A DNA stretch of 64,000 nucleotides from Vitrella brassicaformis CCMP3155 (GCA_001179505.1 CDMY01000488.1:62001-126000); one strand, 5' to 3'. Shown: positions 45,472 to 58,272, numbered from the stretch's first letter. A program made the numbers and translations. Notes: generated by a model not told the origin, from the sequence alone.

Positions 45472-46703
45472 TCAAGCCACCCCCCCGCCACCCCCGCTGC
45501 CCCCTGGATCATTCCTGTCGTCGTCGTATCTCTCGTACCGCTGCACACCATAGTGCGCACCCCACGACTGAAGCTGTGACGTAGCCGCCTCCTGGCAACG
45601 CACTCGGACAGCACGACTGCTCGACATCTGGCCAATCACACGCGGCACAGGGAAAACAGACACGGAGTGAGAGTTCCGTTCGTTCGATGTGCGTCTTGTT
45701 GTCGCGTACTGACTCACTGACTCACCGGGTCGACATAGCAGAAGAGGGTGCCTGGCTCCAGGAAGGTGTGCCCGCCGTCCACGCTCACTTGGAGGGACAC
45801 AACGCCGGCAGGGTGTGGGGGTGCGATGCAGCGGATCTGGTGCCGCGACTGAAATGTGGCCGGCACCACAATGCGGCCAAAGCGGCACGACAAATAGCGG
45901 CTGTTGACGAAATAGTCGCCAAACACATTGATCACACGGCCACCTGCACACATTGACACACACGATGAGCAGCCATCTGATCTGTGACTGTCTTGTGGTG
46001 TGTTCTCACCTTCTGTTAGACATTGTGCAGGCACTGGCTGCAGCTCCACTTGCGTGTCTGTCCACTTGAGCTGGACCACACAGTTGAGGATGCTCCCGTC
46101 GCCCAGTGAGTGATCGCTGAGGCGGACAGACTCCTCATCTTCGACCGACAATGCCCTCCCGCACACGACGAAGGTGAAGTCGGCCTTGCCATCGTTGATC
46201 TGCTGCAGCACCCACGCGTGGCTCTCCTCCATCCCCTCCAGGCCCCTCACGCCCACTGCACCGCTGCCCCGCCTGGCGAGATCAGCATTCTCGTCGTCCG
46301 GCAGCCGCTCAGACAAGGAGCGATTGAACCGGCGGCCGCCATGGAGCCGACCAGAAGACGAGGATGAAGAAGCCCCGGATTCCTCAGTGTCGTCGTCATC
46401 GGAAGATCCAGTTTGTGCCGCATTCCTTCCTCGCCAAAGTGTGCCATACTCCTTGAGTTTGAGCTTGACGAGCTGCCTACACTGCTTGAAGGTGCACGTG
46501 GGCCGCACGAGCAGGGGGAGGCCCGGGAGGGGAGCAGAGGGGCGGGAGGAGGATGCTGCTGAAGGGCTGCTGTCGTCAGTGTGAGAGTCGCGTGACGTGG
46601 CTGGGCTCTGAGTGGTGTCTGCGGTTGGCGAGAGCGGCTCTAGGGAGCCGAACGAAATGGATCCCTCGAAGGGCAGTGTCGCGTTGAAGAACACACGGAT
46701 CAT
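45472..46703 (-). CDS. Ubiquitin-like domain (with insertions) plus IPT/TIG domain protein
   Basis: FTFVVCGRALSVEDEESVRLSDHSLGDGSILNCVVQL resembles the ubiquitin C-terminal half. VELQPVPAQCLTEG|GRVINVFGDYF..SCRFG..VVPATF..QIRCIAPPHPAGVVSLQVSVDGG is an IPT/TIG pattern. Confidence 0.72.
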
Positions 46704-46927
46704 GCTTGTCTGCGCCCTCAGCCTTTCTGGCGATCCACACCTTCAAGCTCGCACAACAAGAAGAGCGGAGCGGAAGGGATCTGGACGACAGAAGCCGTGT
46801 ATGTGACGACACTCTCGTCAGCTGGAAGATTCACCGATTAGTTGCGACTTTCAAGCGATTTCCGTCGCCTGTGGTCATCGGGCATCGCTGCATTCGCCCC
46901 CTTCCGCCGCTTCAACGGCGGTTTGTG

Positions 46928-47077
46928 ATGATGGACGACTTCCAGGCCCGCAAGCGTCGGATCATGGAGGGCATCTCATCCCTGTGCAGCACGGATGATG
47001 ACGCGGTAAGCAGACGTCAAAGTGCAGCTTCAAAGGGGCAGCTTCATGCTTCCTACTCGTTCCTACGTGCGCCTGCC

Positions 47078-47115
<38 letters not shown>

Positions 47116-49174
47116 TGTCTGTTTGTAGCACGGCGAGAGGAAAGAGGACAGGTCTCTGAAGGGCAGCATCGACGAAGATCTGCGGGACACAGTGGACGCC
47201 GTCAATGCCCATCCCTCGTTCGTCACCACCAGCTGCTGCTCAGGCCGAATCGTCCTCTATCTCGAGGGCGATGCCAATCGCAAGAAGGGCGGCAAGCTAC
47301 TCTTCGTCAGCCACTCACCCATCGGCGTGACGGAGGATAGCAGTGGCGACGGTACTGAATCATTCGGCTCTCTTACGCACGCCCTCAAGCAGAGGGAGGC
47401 CTTCTACGAGGCGCCAAAGGACGACTCCGGGCCCCAGACGCCACCATTGCCATCAGCAGCCGACGGCCACCGGCTGATCTACTTCAAGCTGGAGCCGCTG
47501 ATTCTCCACATCGAGTGCCACAGCCTCTCGGCGGCCAAGACGCTGCTCGACGTGGCTCACCACTGCGGCCTGAAGCAGTCGGGCGCCAACTCGTTCGCAA
47601 AGCGCAAGGTCATCGCCGTCCGCGGCGCTCTGCGGCTGGACGTGCCAGTGGCCACGTGTGAGCACATGCTGGTGACCTCCGAGTATCTGCGTCAGCTTGT
47701 GGGCATTGCCAATGAGAAGATGGAGCAGAACAGGGCTCAGATTGACCGCTTCCTGGCGACTTTTCGGCGAGTGGTGGGGGAGAAGGAGCTCCCTGATGAG
47801 GATGGGGAGAGGCGGCCGCGTAATGGTGGGAAGAGGGCTGAGGGAATGGACCAGCCGCTGTTGACCTGGACGCACATCGGCCAACAGGTGAGTGAATGGA
47901 CACTGAGAGAGAGAGAGAGAGAGAGAGAGAGTTGGTACATTGCCATCTGCAGACACTGCTTGCTATCCTCCTGCAGGGGCTGGATGATGCCTCCCATTTG
48001 CAGCTGTGGGGTGCGGCCGTCGCCTTCGCAGACCCCTTCCTGTGTGTGTTCGGGGGCTTCGGGGGCCCCGGGCAGCTGGCAAGGCAGAGGGCTCTGCTGA
48101 TATATGACGCCAGGAAGGGTACCTGGAGGAACGCCACGGCAGCTGAAAACCACGCAGGTCGGCCGCAAGAAGAAAGACAGCACGGACATGAGCCAAGCCC
48201 ACTCTCTCTGTTTCAGGTCCGTGTGCCCGTGTGCATGCGACGTTCGTGCCCTGCCCGCCCCACGGCCTTCTTCTGTTCGGCGGACGAACCTCCCCATCCA
48301 CGCCGCTCAATGACTTGTGGCTGCTCGACACCCGCGCGGCCACATGGACACCGATGATCTCTTCCACCCCGCCCCCGGCTCGATACAGATATGCAATGTG
48401 TCAGGTCGGCAGCAGCGGCAAGAATGAGTACGTCCTGAGTGGGGGAGTTGGGAGCGACGGACGGGTGCTGGGCGACGTGTGGAGGCTGCGGGTGGATGGC
48501 ACTGAGGCGGCATGGGAGGAGATCGTCACGCCTGCCGATGACGAGTGTGGCGGCCCGGGCGCTGTCCACTCCCACACGTTGGCCTTTGACGAGTCCACCA
48601 ACCGCGTCATGCTCTTTGGGGGTATCGATGGGTACCAGTCCATTCGGCGGTGCCGTCAGCCCTTCCCACTGCACACCCTACCGGCCCTCGACCTTGCCAC
48701 ACACACGTGGGCGCATACGCCCACACAGGCGAGCGGCGACCAGGCGACAGGCAGCTTCCCGTGTGGCCGCTTCAGCCACTGCTCGACGGTGACGAGAAGC
48801 GGCGATGTGATTGTGGTGGGTGGGTGCGGCGGACACTCAGCGCTCAATGACGTGTGGCTCTACAAGGTCAGCCACAGCCAACAACCACGCGCACACATCC
48901 ACGCGCAGTGTTACTGTTGTCTGTGCAGGTGTGCGGGTCATCGTGGCACCATCTCGGCCACCTCCCCGGCGCCGCCAACATGTGTGTGCGCGCGTCGTGT
49001 GCGTGGGGGTCGAATAAGCTGTATGTCGTGGGCGGCGGTGCGGTGTGCTTCACGTTTGGGTCGCATTTCGACGGACCTCTGTCTTGTTACGTGAAGTTCA
49101 AGGGTCTGGGGCAGACGAGGGCAGAGAGAGAAAAGGCCGAGAGGAAGAGGCTAGAGCGAGAGGAGGGCAAGTGA
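46928..49174 (+). CDS. TYW3: tRNA wybutosine methyltransferase TYW3 fused to kelch repeats
   Basis: DRSLKGSIDE..VNAHPSFVTTSCCSGRI and YFKLEPLILHIECHSLSAAKTLLDVAHHCGLKQSG (TYW3). Kelch blades VFGGFG, LLFGGR..LNDLWLLD, LSGGV..LGDVW, LFGGI, VVGG..LNDVW, and terminal YVVGGGAVCFTFGSHF. Confidence 0.88.
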
Positions 49175-49546
49175 GGGCGTGTTGGTGGGTGAAAGTGCAT
49201 GTGTGTGAATCGCTTCTGAATCAATGGACGGAGCAAAAGTCCTGAGAATGTGGCGGATGGGGCGAATGGGTGGCCGCCGGCTCCATATGGCTGAGCAGAT
49301 TCACTCTCTGTGTGCACAGATGCGGTGGTTGTCGACCAAAATTGAGACACGCAGACATGAAAGGTCAATCCATCTGTCAGTCCGTGCAATGCAATGCATG
49401 CACGCGAATCGGTCTGTCGTGTGTGTACAAGGCTGTGTCCTTCGTTGCTGCTGCTGCTGCCACACTGGCTCCTGCTCGCTCGCTCACTCATCAGCCCGAC
49501 TTCACCTGAAAAACACAAGCAGACGTCCATTGAATTATCTGCTGCT

Positions 49547-51770
49547 TCATTCATCCATCCATCTTGCCCAGTGCCGCCCACCCACCTGATAGATAGCGAT
49601 CTCCTTCGCGGTGAAATCCCATGTGCCCGCCAGTGTGCCCTCGTCGCCGTCGTCGTTGAGTTGGCCGAGGTAGCCGTCCATGGGCAGGTGCTCCTTCTTA
49701 ACCCACTGATTCATGCTGCGCACGTCGTCTGCCGGGAAGGGGCTGGCCCAGCCAAACCACAAATACCCACGGCCAATGGCCAACTACACACAGGACAGGT
49801 GACAGCCAGTCAGTTGGTTCAGTGCCATTCACTGCACTGACACCCATTGTGTATACCCGCCACCCACCTTGCCGCGGTAGTCAATATTGCTGGCCTTGAT
49901 GGAGGCGTCGCGGCCAGCGACCGCCGCCCTCTGTTTGGCCTCTGGGATGGGAATCTTAGTGATCTTGGCGTATGCACCGCTGATGGAAATGAAGGAGGTC
50001 GGCACCTTGTAGCTGCCGCTGGTCCGTGTGGGGTCGGCGGGCGACTTGAGTTGGCCCCCGACGAAGGCTCCGAATCGGTGTGTGTCGTTGTGGTTGATGA
50101 GGAACAGCAGACCGCTCGCGTCGCCCACCTTGTCCACCATCGTGCCGAAGTGACCACCATCACGCGTCGAACTGACAGGAGAGCAGAGGGGAGTGGGGGT
50201 GGGAGTGACTTTGCGAGAGATTAGCTTGACCGTCTTTAGTTACCTGTAGAGGAGTTTGATAGAGGGGTTGGGTATCTCCGTCATGGCCAGCACCTCCTGC
50301 GTCTCCTCGAAGGTGAGGAAGGGGGCCGGGGGCCGATACACGTCCCCCATCGTGAGGCCATACATCTCCACATCCTTCTGCACACACACACACACACACA
50401 CACACAATTGCACATGGCGGCTTGCACCCGTGCTCAAGGGACCTTCAACTGAGCGAGTTGCTTGGGCTTGGCCGTGGGCTTCTTGACCACACGACCCGGT
50501 CGGGTCTCGAATCGCTGTCTACGGGCAAAATCCACCACCTTCACTACAGACAAAGGACATCGGCCAAGTGATACAGACAAGTCCTTTTCCCCTCGCGCGC
50601 GCGCACGCGCGTGACTGTGTGTCACCTTCATGAAGTGCTCAACGGATGTCTGCCGGATGGGTGCATTCCCCTGCACCACCTCGCCACTGCACACCTCGCG
50701 CCCAAAAGGAAAGGCAACACAATGCGTCCATCCAGCCGCAATGCGTGTGCGGTGCAGTGCCTTAAGCTGACCTGAATCGTCTGTAGAGGAGGCTGTTGGG
50801 TCCCAGCCGCGCTAGCGTCGCCTCGGTGGTCGACACCGTCTGCTGGGAGATGGTGACGCTCCTGACGGTGTGGTTGCTGCCGTCGTCTGCCCGGAGGAAT
50901 GGCCCCATGACCGCACCGAATCCCTCCAAATCCACCACCGCTTTCTCCAACACCGTCACCGCATCGGTGTAGTTGGCCACATACTCACGCAGCCGACTGC
51001 CCGCCCCGCTGCTATCCCCTGCCCGCTCCCCATCGCCCCCCTCCTTCTCTCCCCCCTCCTTATTGCCTTCCGCCGCCCCTCTGTCGTCCATGTCGACGTC
51101 CTCCGTGCGCACGTCGATGTCGAGCGATGCCCTGGTGAGGAACAGCTCGTGGTACAAGGCGACGGTGGGGTCCTCCTTCTGTGTGTCGTCCAACTCGATC
51201 TCATACTCCTCGCCCTGGGCGTCAGCGCCCTCAACGAGGTAAATCTGGTCCACCAACCTGAGGAGCACAAACGAACAACGCACACAATGAACACAATCCA
51301 AACGAAACGCATTCCCGCTCGGCCTACCACTTGACATATCCGGGGTCAGCGTCAAGGAAGGGCCGGCCCTCCTCATCGCGGGGCAGGGCGTCGACACAGG
51401 AGAGCAGCAGATGGGCGAAGTAGGTGTGGCGGAGCTGATCCAGCATCAGCCCCTTGCGCGACACACCCACCACCTTCCCGCCCACATTGAGAGCCACCTC
51501 CCCCTCGATGCTGCCCTTTAGCTCCAGCTTGCCTCCCGTGGTCTCAATCTGCTCTTTGATGGCCTCGGCTTTGCTCTGCAGCTGCTGGATGGCGGCCGTG
51601 GCGGCGGTTTTGATGGCCTGGAGGGCGGCGATAGCCGATGCGAGGGGCCTGTCGAGCGATTGGCGGCCGATACGGGGAGCGGGGTGGTGCTGGTCATCGT
51701 CATCTTGCTGCCCGGCTGCCGCCGCCGCAGCAGCAACACCATCATTCACTTTGCGCTTCTTGCCGAGCAT
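49547..51770 (-). CDS. BTB/POZ (KCTD-type, two copies) plus TLDc domain protein, copy A
   Basis: EVALNVGGKVVGVSRKGL..YFAHLL..LPRDEEGRPFLDADP (BTB), VTISQQTVSTTEATLARLGPNSLLYRRF (second BTB-like), LLY|SSTRDGGHFGTMVDKVG..LFLI..HRFGAFV..FTAKEIAIY (TLDc). Confidence 0.8.
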
Positions 51771-52252
51771 TTTGCGATGGATGAATGCGTGAGTCAACGG
51801 TACAAGCTAATCGCCACACACGAAGGACGCCTCGCGGCTAGATTCATGAGTTGTTTCCTGCCGCCTCTCAAAATGCGAGCTTAGAAAGTGCTTCGGAAGC
51901 TAAGTGACCTCCTCCTCCCTTCTCTCTCCGACCTCACTGGCGGTAGATCTCTGCTGAACAGCCCTGCTGAATCGTGGTTCTTCGCCCACCGAGATCAATC
52001 ACTACGACCGTTTTGACATTGGCCGGCGTCATCCGGCTTGAGCGACGACGCACGACAGTCGACGACACAGCCAACAACGCAGCAGCAACAAGAGTGACGA
52101 TGGCGACCCAAGCCACCCATCTCGGTTAACCGCCTTCATCCGCTGATGCCGCTGCTCTATGTTCATCCCGGGCTGAGGCTGCCTGCGTCGTTCCAGCCAT
52201 GCAGAATCCCACAGCGGCTCATTAGCCATCTGCAGCAGCCTCAGTAGCGGTG

Positions 52253-55200
52253 ATGGACATCGACCAGGAGGGCCACTCTCCTGGTGGCGTGCGCCAGGAC
52301 AGTGCGGCAGGCGGGGCGGAGGGCCACCGTGGGGCTTGTGATGGAGGCGCTGCAGCTGGAGGCCCATCGGCTGCCGCTTCGACGCCCACCGTCCCCCATC
52401 CACAGTCAATGTCAGCGGCCGCCACATACCCCTCCCCCTCCCCACCTCACTCGAACGGCCCTCCCTCCCAGCAAGATGGTCTTCTTGTACAACTGCGGCA
52501 GCTGCTGTAGAAGCGAGGCGACCCCACCAGGACGACCGGCTACCATCCGGCCTATCAAGAAGTGCAGTCCTCTGTGCGTCGCGTCGATGGCGCAAAGGGC
52601 GGCGCGTATGAGGTGCTCGCAGGGCCCTTCTACGACAGCCAGGGGGAGCTGTTCGCCGCCGAGTGGGGCGTGACNNNNNNNNNNNNNNNNNNNNNNNNNN
52701 NNNNNNNNNNNNNNNNNNNNNNNNNNNNNNNNNNNNNNNNNNNNNNNNNNNNNNNNNNNNNNNNNNNNNNNNNNNNNNNNNNNNNNNNNNNNNNNNNNNN
52801 NNNNNNNNNNNNNNNNNNNNNNNNNNNNNNNNNNNNNNNNNNNNNNNNNNNNNNNNNNNNNNNNNNNNNNNNNNNNNNNNNNNNNNNNNNNNNNNNNNNN
52901 NNNNNNNNNNNNNNNNNNNNNNNNNNNNNNNNNNNNNNNNNNNNNNNNNNNNNNNNNNNNNNNNNNNNNNNNNNCCCACGGGCAACGCAGCAGGTGAGAG
53001 AGAGGGAGGGGGAGAAGAACACTGAACAGCGTGTCGGCTCCCGTATCTGTCGTCTCTGTTGCGTGCATTGACTTAGGTCCAACGTCACCCGCATCCCCAC
53101 CCCCACCTCCCGTAGCCTCACGTCACGCGGACAGCGGTCGGACAGCCAACCACATGGAGCTGCAAGGCGCCACCGGCCGGTCAGCACGTGACAGGGCCCC
53201 CTCGCCTATTGCCAATAGGAAGGCGGTCGACACGCCACCGCCCTCGCCCCCACCAGCTGACGGTTCATCCAACCATCGCTCTCCCGCCGCAGCGGTAGGT
53301 GGTCCGGGTGACGAGAGGAACACCGTTGGGCAGCTCCTGAGGACGATACGACACAAGCAGGACCCCGGCCACAAGGCGTACTGGGCGGCCTACGAGGGCA
53401 TGCAGTTCAGTGCCGAGAAGATGGCGGACGGGCGGCACTTTCTGGTCACCGGCTGGCCATCTGAGAGCGGCGCCGACCAGCCCCTGTGTGTGCGGGCGGC
53501 GGTGTATCGCGACTCCAACGGGACGGTCACTGGGTGGGAGCTGTGGCGATTGACGGACATGCTGGCGGTGGTGCGGGCGGGATCGGTGGACACCGACGAT
53601 CGGTTTGAGATCGTCACTGATGTGGTGGCTGGCGAGGAGAGACGAGTGGTGCAGTGGAGGGCTCCGCAGCGTGGGAGGAAGCCAGCGGTGTCGCGGCCTC
53701 GCAAACACAAGAAGACGGCCAGCCCATGGCACGACACAGGTGAGATCAATGACACAGACCACACCAATGTACGATTAGCTCTCATCTTGCCTGCTGTTGT
53801 GTCCCCTTTCAGGCCTTGGCGATCGTCCCAAGCAACGCCCGTCATGCGACCCATCCTCTCTCCCCTCCCTCGACGGCGATGGTGATGGACGTGATGGCTT
53901 CCTCAACCACAGCCGCCCTCTGAAGCGCCAGCGCGGTCCACGCGGCCACGGCCCCGCCAAGCGGGCCCAGGAGCACCATGGCCCACATCGAGAGCTGACG
54001 AGTCTGGATGGGCTGTGTGGCGACGAGCTGGCTCGGATATTGATGCGGCGGATGCGGGAGGAGCAGCCGGACGACTTCCCTGCTCCAGACAGAGGCGGGT
54101 GAGTATGACCAAGGGCATGATTGACGGTCTCATGCTGACAGTGGCATCTGTGTGTGTGTGTCAGGATTGGCATTGCGTGGCGGACCAACTACACTTACGA
54201 GGCCTACTTCTGGGACAACGACACATCGACGACCGTCGATCTGCGTCAGTTCCCTGTCGGCTATGGCGCCTCCCCTGAGGCCATCTTCACGGCCTTCCGT
54301 GAGGCTGTGGAGTACAGCAATGCACTCCACTGGTCGCGTGGGGGCGATCGGGCGATGGCCATCGATCTGTCGTGGCTGCAGCGAGCACAGCAGGGGGAGG
54401 GACAGATGGACGGCGGGATGCGTGGGGGGCAATTCGGCTGCAGCCCACCCCCGCAGCGTCGCAAGCGCACCAAGGGGCCCAGGGACGACCCGCTCCTCGA
54501 CCCCTCTCCCCCCTCCCGCCCTCATGGGCGTCGAGAAGGCGACGCAACGATGGGCCGCGGTGGTCGGCAGAGGAACAGCGTGGCTCGGGCGGCCGGTCAG
54601 TCTGACAGCTGTGACGACCATCATGACGGCAGCAGCTCCCCATCTCCCCAGCCACGTCGGAGGCCCAAGGCAGTCAAGAGGAATGGTGAGTCGCTGCCTG
54701 CCGGTGATCTGCCGTCGTCCGTCTATGCGTCCAATCGGCAGTGGGCCCCCGACAGAGACAAGAAGGGCAGCGCTAAGGGCACCCTCATCACCAAATCAGG
54801 TGAGGAACCCAAGAAGCCAATTCAACGCGATCAGAGCGTCGACGTTTGTATGTCCCGCCAACTGCAGAGCATCAGTCGGATGTGACGGGCGTGCAGTGGC
54901 AGGAGGAGCACCAGCGCTGGAGGGCAACATGGTACGAGAAGGGCGACCCGAAGACGAAGCAAAAGTACTTCTACGTCAAAGACCATGGTTTCGACAAAGC
55001 CAAGGTGCGCATGAAGCCGCCCATTCCCTCTGTCTCTCTCTGAGCGTGTGTCCCTCCGTCCGTCAGACGTTGGCCGAGCAGCATCGTCGTGAGATGGAGC
55101 GCACCGGACGGGCGGCGACGCAGAAGCGATCGGAGCACCAGAGCGGCGTCAAGGGCGTCAGCTATCAGAAGGGCAGCAACTCATGGATCGCCAGCTGGCA

Positions 55201-55348
55201 CGAGGGCGGCAAGAGGAAGTTTAAGCCGTTCTCTGTGCGTCAGCTGGGTATGGAGGGCGCCAAGCAGGCTGCGATAGCCCACCGCCGTGCGATGAAGGAA
55301 AGGCACTACACCTTCAAGACAAGGGAGCGAAGGAAGGCTGATGAGTGA
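52253..55348 (+). CDS. ApiAP2 transcription factor: two canonical AP2 domains, one divergent AP2-like domain, and a duplicated N-terminal module
   Basis: HQSDVTGVQWQEEHQRWRATWYE..KYFYVKDHGFDKAK|TLAEQHR (about 54868-55090) and HQSGVKGVSYQKGSNSWIASWHEGGKRKFKPFSVRQLGMEGAKQAAIAHRR (about 55135-55295). A spliced exon emerges from the gap (donor near 52992), so the 5' end lies before the gap; the start at 52253 is tentative. Confidence 0.85.
52675..52974. other. Assembly gap (300 N) inside the AP2 gene
   Basis: Run of N. Confidence 1.
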
Positions 55349-55726
55349 GACAGGCACACGTAGCGTGAGGGGAAGGGGTGGTCTTCAGTGGGCTGTGTCG
55401 TGTTAATCGTGCTGCTCCATGTCGTCATCGGATTTTGACCATGTGGATTTAAGCTGGCCAGTGAATGTATGGCATATCAAATGTTTCTCTCTGCCCATCT
55501 GGTTCTAATGCAACATTGGCCCCCATGGCATCCTGAACACAGGCAGCCAGGATGAGACCGTCTCTGGGGCGCATCAACGTGACGGCACGACACAGCAGGA
55601 ACGCTTAAATGGATAGCTATGTAGATGACGAGTGTCACCGTCAGATAGAGGTCTATGCACACGATTGATAAAGCCATCAAGTCTACACACATACGGATAA
55701 ATCTAAACGTGGCCGATGCACTTGAG

Positions 55727-58165
55727 CTACTGCATGGCACACTTGTCGGCCGCCAGGCCACTGAGGTCACCCAGCCTGCGCCTCTTGAGCACCACGTCCA
55801 TCCGGCCGTCTGTCCAGTCTGTGTGGCCTCGGTAGTCGCCCCTGGCCCCGCAGTGGCACATGCGATATCTCGTGCGGATGTCGCCGGTGAATCCCTTGAG
55901 GAAGGGATACTTGGCCTCGTTGGGCTCGATGTCGGCTCCGTCATCGCTCCATGAGAGCACCGGCTTGGCATCTGCGGACCACATAGATGGACGCAGTCTC
56001 TACATGTATGCCTTTGTGGGTCGATTCTCACTCACGTAGCGACGTGTTGACGGTGAGCACCACGGCGTTGGCCTGCAGCATGAGGATGAGGTCGTAGTAC
56101 ACTCGGAAATGGTCGGGCGTGTAGGAAGGGAAGCCACGGGTGAGAGGCTCGAAAAACTGAAAGTAAAAAGAACACACTTGGTCCAAGAAGGCAGAGGAAA
56201 ATGTTTATTATGAGTGCAGTCAGCGCACCTCTGTCTTGACGTCCATGCTGAGTTGTCGACCGAGAGGCGCTCCTGCATGGCACTCCACAAGGCGCCGCCC
56301 TTCTCAGGCACCACCAGGGGGCTGTCCTGCACCTCCGTCCGGACCTCCAGCTCGTCCAGACACACACGCTTGGTGCCCCCCTCCCCTGGCTGAGCCGCCG
56401 TGCCCTCAGACAGACACACAAACGCGTGGAAGGCCGCCCACCTGAATGAGTGCACCACATACACCACACAAGTCTCACGGTGACTCAAGGTGTGCGCCCA
56501 CCCACTCACTCACCAGGGCACATCGATGAGTCGGACGGTGTGTAGTGTGGGTGGCATGGTCTTGAGCAGCCGCTGCAGGGGGTCCGAGAGCACGTAGTGG
56601 TTCGTGGGAGGTGGAGGGCGCACCGGCGTGGGCACACCAGCAGCTGCGTATGCCGCCTGCTCTGCCGCATGCTGCTGCGTCATGGGGAGCTGAGGAGGGA
56701 GGGGCTTCTCGTAGACGCCCTCAGCCGTGAACCGGTGCTTGTGGAAAGAGACGTGGTCCTTGACGCTCTGCAGCTCGACCCTCTCGAGGGTGAGCACCTC
56801 GACCCTCGTCCAGCCCCCAGCCGTCCAACCGGCAATCTACAAGACGGGACGGATAGCAAGGGAGAGGGAGAGGGATGCATGGTGGATGGACGCATGCGCG
56901 AGTCTATCCCCCTGCCCCTTCTCACCGCATCATGACCGACGTAGCCACGGAGTGTGTCGAGGCACTTGATGATGAGATGCTTGGTCTTGTCGAACACGAT
57001 CAGTCGGCCACTGGAGCCGGTTAGCTCCCAGGAGTCGTCCCAGGGCTGCGACTGTTCACCGTAGCTCATCACGATGGTCTCGGCCTGGCAGATGGCGCGC
57101 TTGACGATGTCGCGGATGGAGCCCTCCACCGCTGCAGGACACACGTCAGCAGACTCAGGGGCTCCCTTGAGCTCGACAAGCCGCCCTTTCGGCAGCGCGC
57201 AGTAGCCTGACATGAAGGCAACAAACCCATACCACGGCCCACCCCTCCATCCGTAGTGTGTGTCTGTGTGTACCGCGATTTTGCAGTTCGACCAGCAGCT
57301 GCAAGAATGTCCGTCCGGCCGGGTTATATGAGGCCGGCAGGGTCGACTCAAAGGCCAGGTTCCGGTCGAAGATGCCGATGCGCTTGCTTGTGGCCGGCGG
57401 CTGGACGCTCGGCAGGCCCGCCACGAACCCCTCCATCTCCTGATCGTGTGTGATGAAGACCATGTCGCCCACCGCCTCCAGGCTGTCTGCACGTGTGTCG
57501 AGTGCCGTGCCGCAGACGAGTGTGGACAGAGGGAATACGTCAATGTGGCGGATGAGGGGCGATTGGGCCAGCATGTGGCTCAGCGACTGTTGAAAGCCGC
57601 CAGGAAAGCTGCTTATTTGCGTTAGATCCAGCAGTGGCTGCCACTGCCAGCGCACCCTGGCCTTGAGTGTCTTGAGGTTGGGTGTCTTCCAGTCAAAGTG
57701 ACGAAAGGCTTTGACAACAGGCACAAGGCCCACATCGATGTCGGTGAGCAAAGGAAACGTCCGCGGCGTGCCTCGCAGGCCCACCCTCCCAGTGTCCCAG
57801 TAATTGGACCTCTCGTCAAATGCCGACTGGACCGACTTGATGGTCTTGATCTTGTCGCCGTGCTGCCTCATTGCGTCGATGAAGAACTGCAGCACATCCG
57901 CCGCAAGGCTGGTCTTGCCCTTGGCGACCACGAGAATGATCTTCTGCGGCCCATGGGAGCACAGAAGGACGCGCCGAAGCCGAGGGACGGCCGGGCCGAT
58001 GACGAGGGTGGACGAGCAGATGGACTCGAAGCAGCTCTCGTCCAGGACAGACAGACGCATGGTCTCCTTGTCGGTGAGTGTGCCGGAGAGGTTGAGCACC
58101 CAGAGATCTGACGGAAGGCGGGCGAGGCCGTGCATGCCGCGAGTCGACGACGCCATAACAGGCAT
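55727..58165 (-). CDS. Multi-exon hypothetical protein with F-box-like N-terminus
   Basis: ARLPSDLWVLNLSGTLTDKETMRLSVLD at the N-terminus, a long first exon (ORF 57155-58306), further coding-like exons, and a stop at 55727. Confidence 0.6.
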
Positions 58166-58272
58166 CTGGCGCTTCTTTCGATGAACCCCTCGGCTCGCAA
58201 TCGTTGCGAGCTCGAGCTTGTCCCAGGAGTTATTCCTGCGAATTTCTGCAGATCTGTGCTTCTGTGGTGACA

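Noticed and set aside
51934-52116. 60-aa ORF MAWVAIVTLVAAALLAVSS with signal-peptide look
   Set aside because: Lies in the spacer between the BTB-TLDc and AP2 starts with no homology or splice support; cannot be distinguished from chance.
54152-54860. First part of the 398-aa ORF 54152-55348
   Set aside because: Wrong frame until the last exon; the coding path uses the 54154 frame, then splices.
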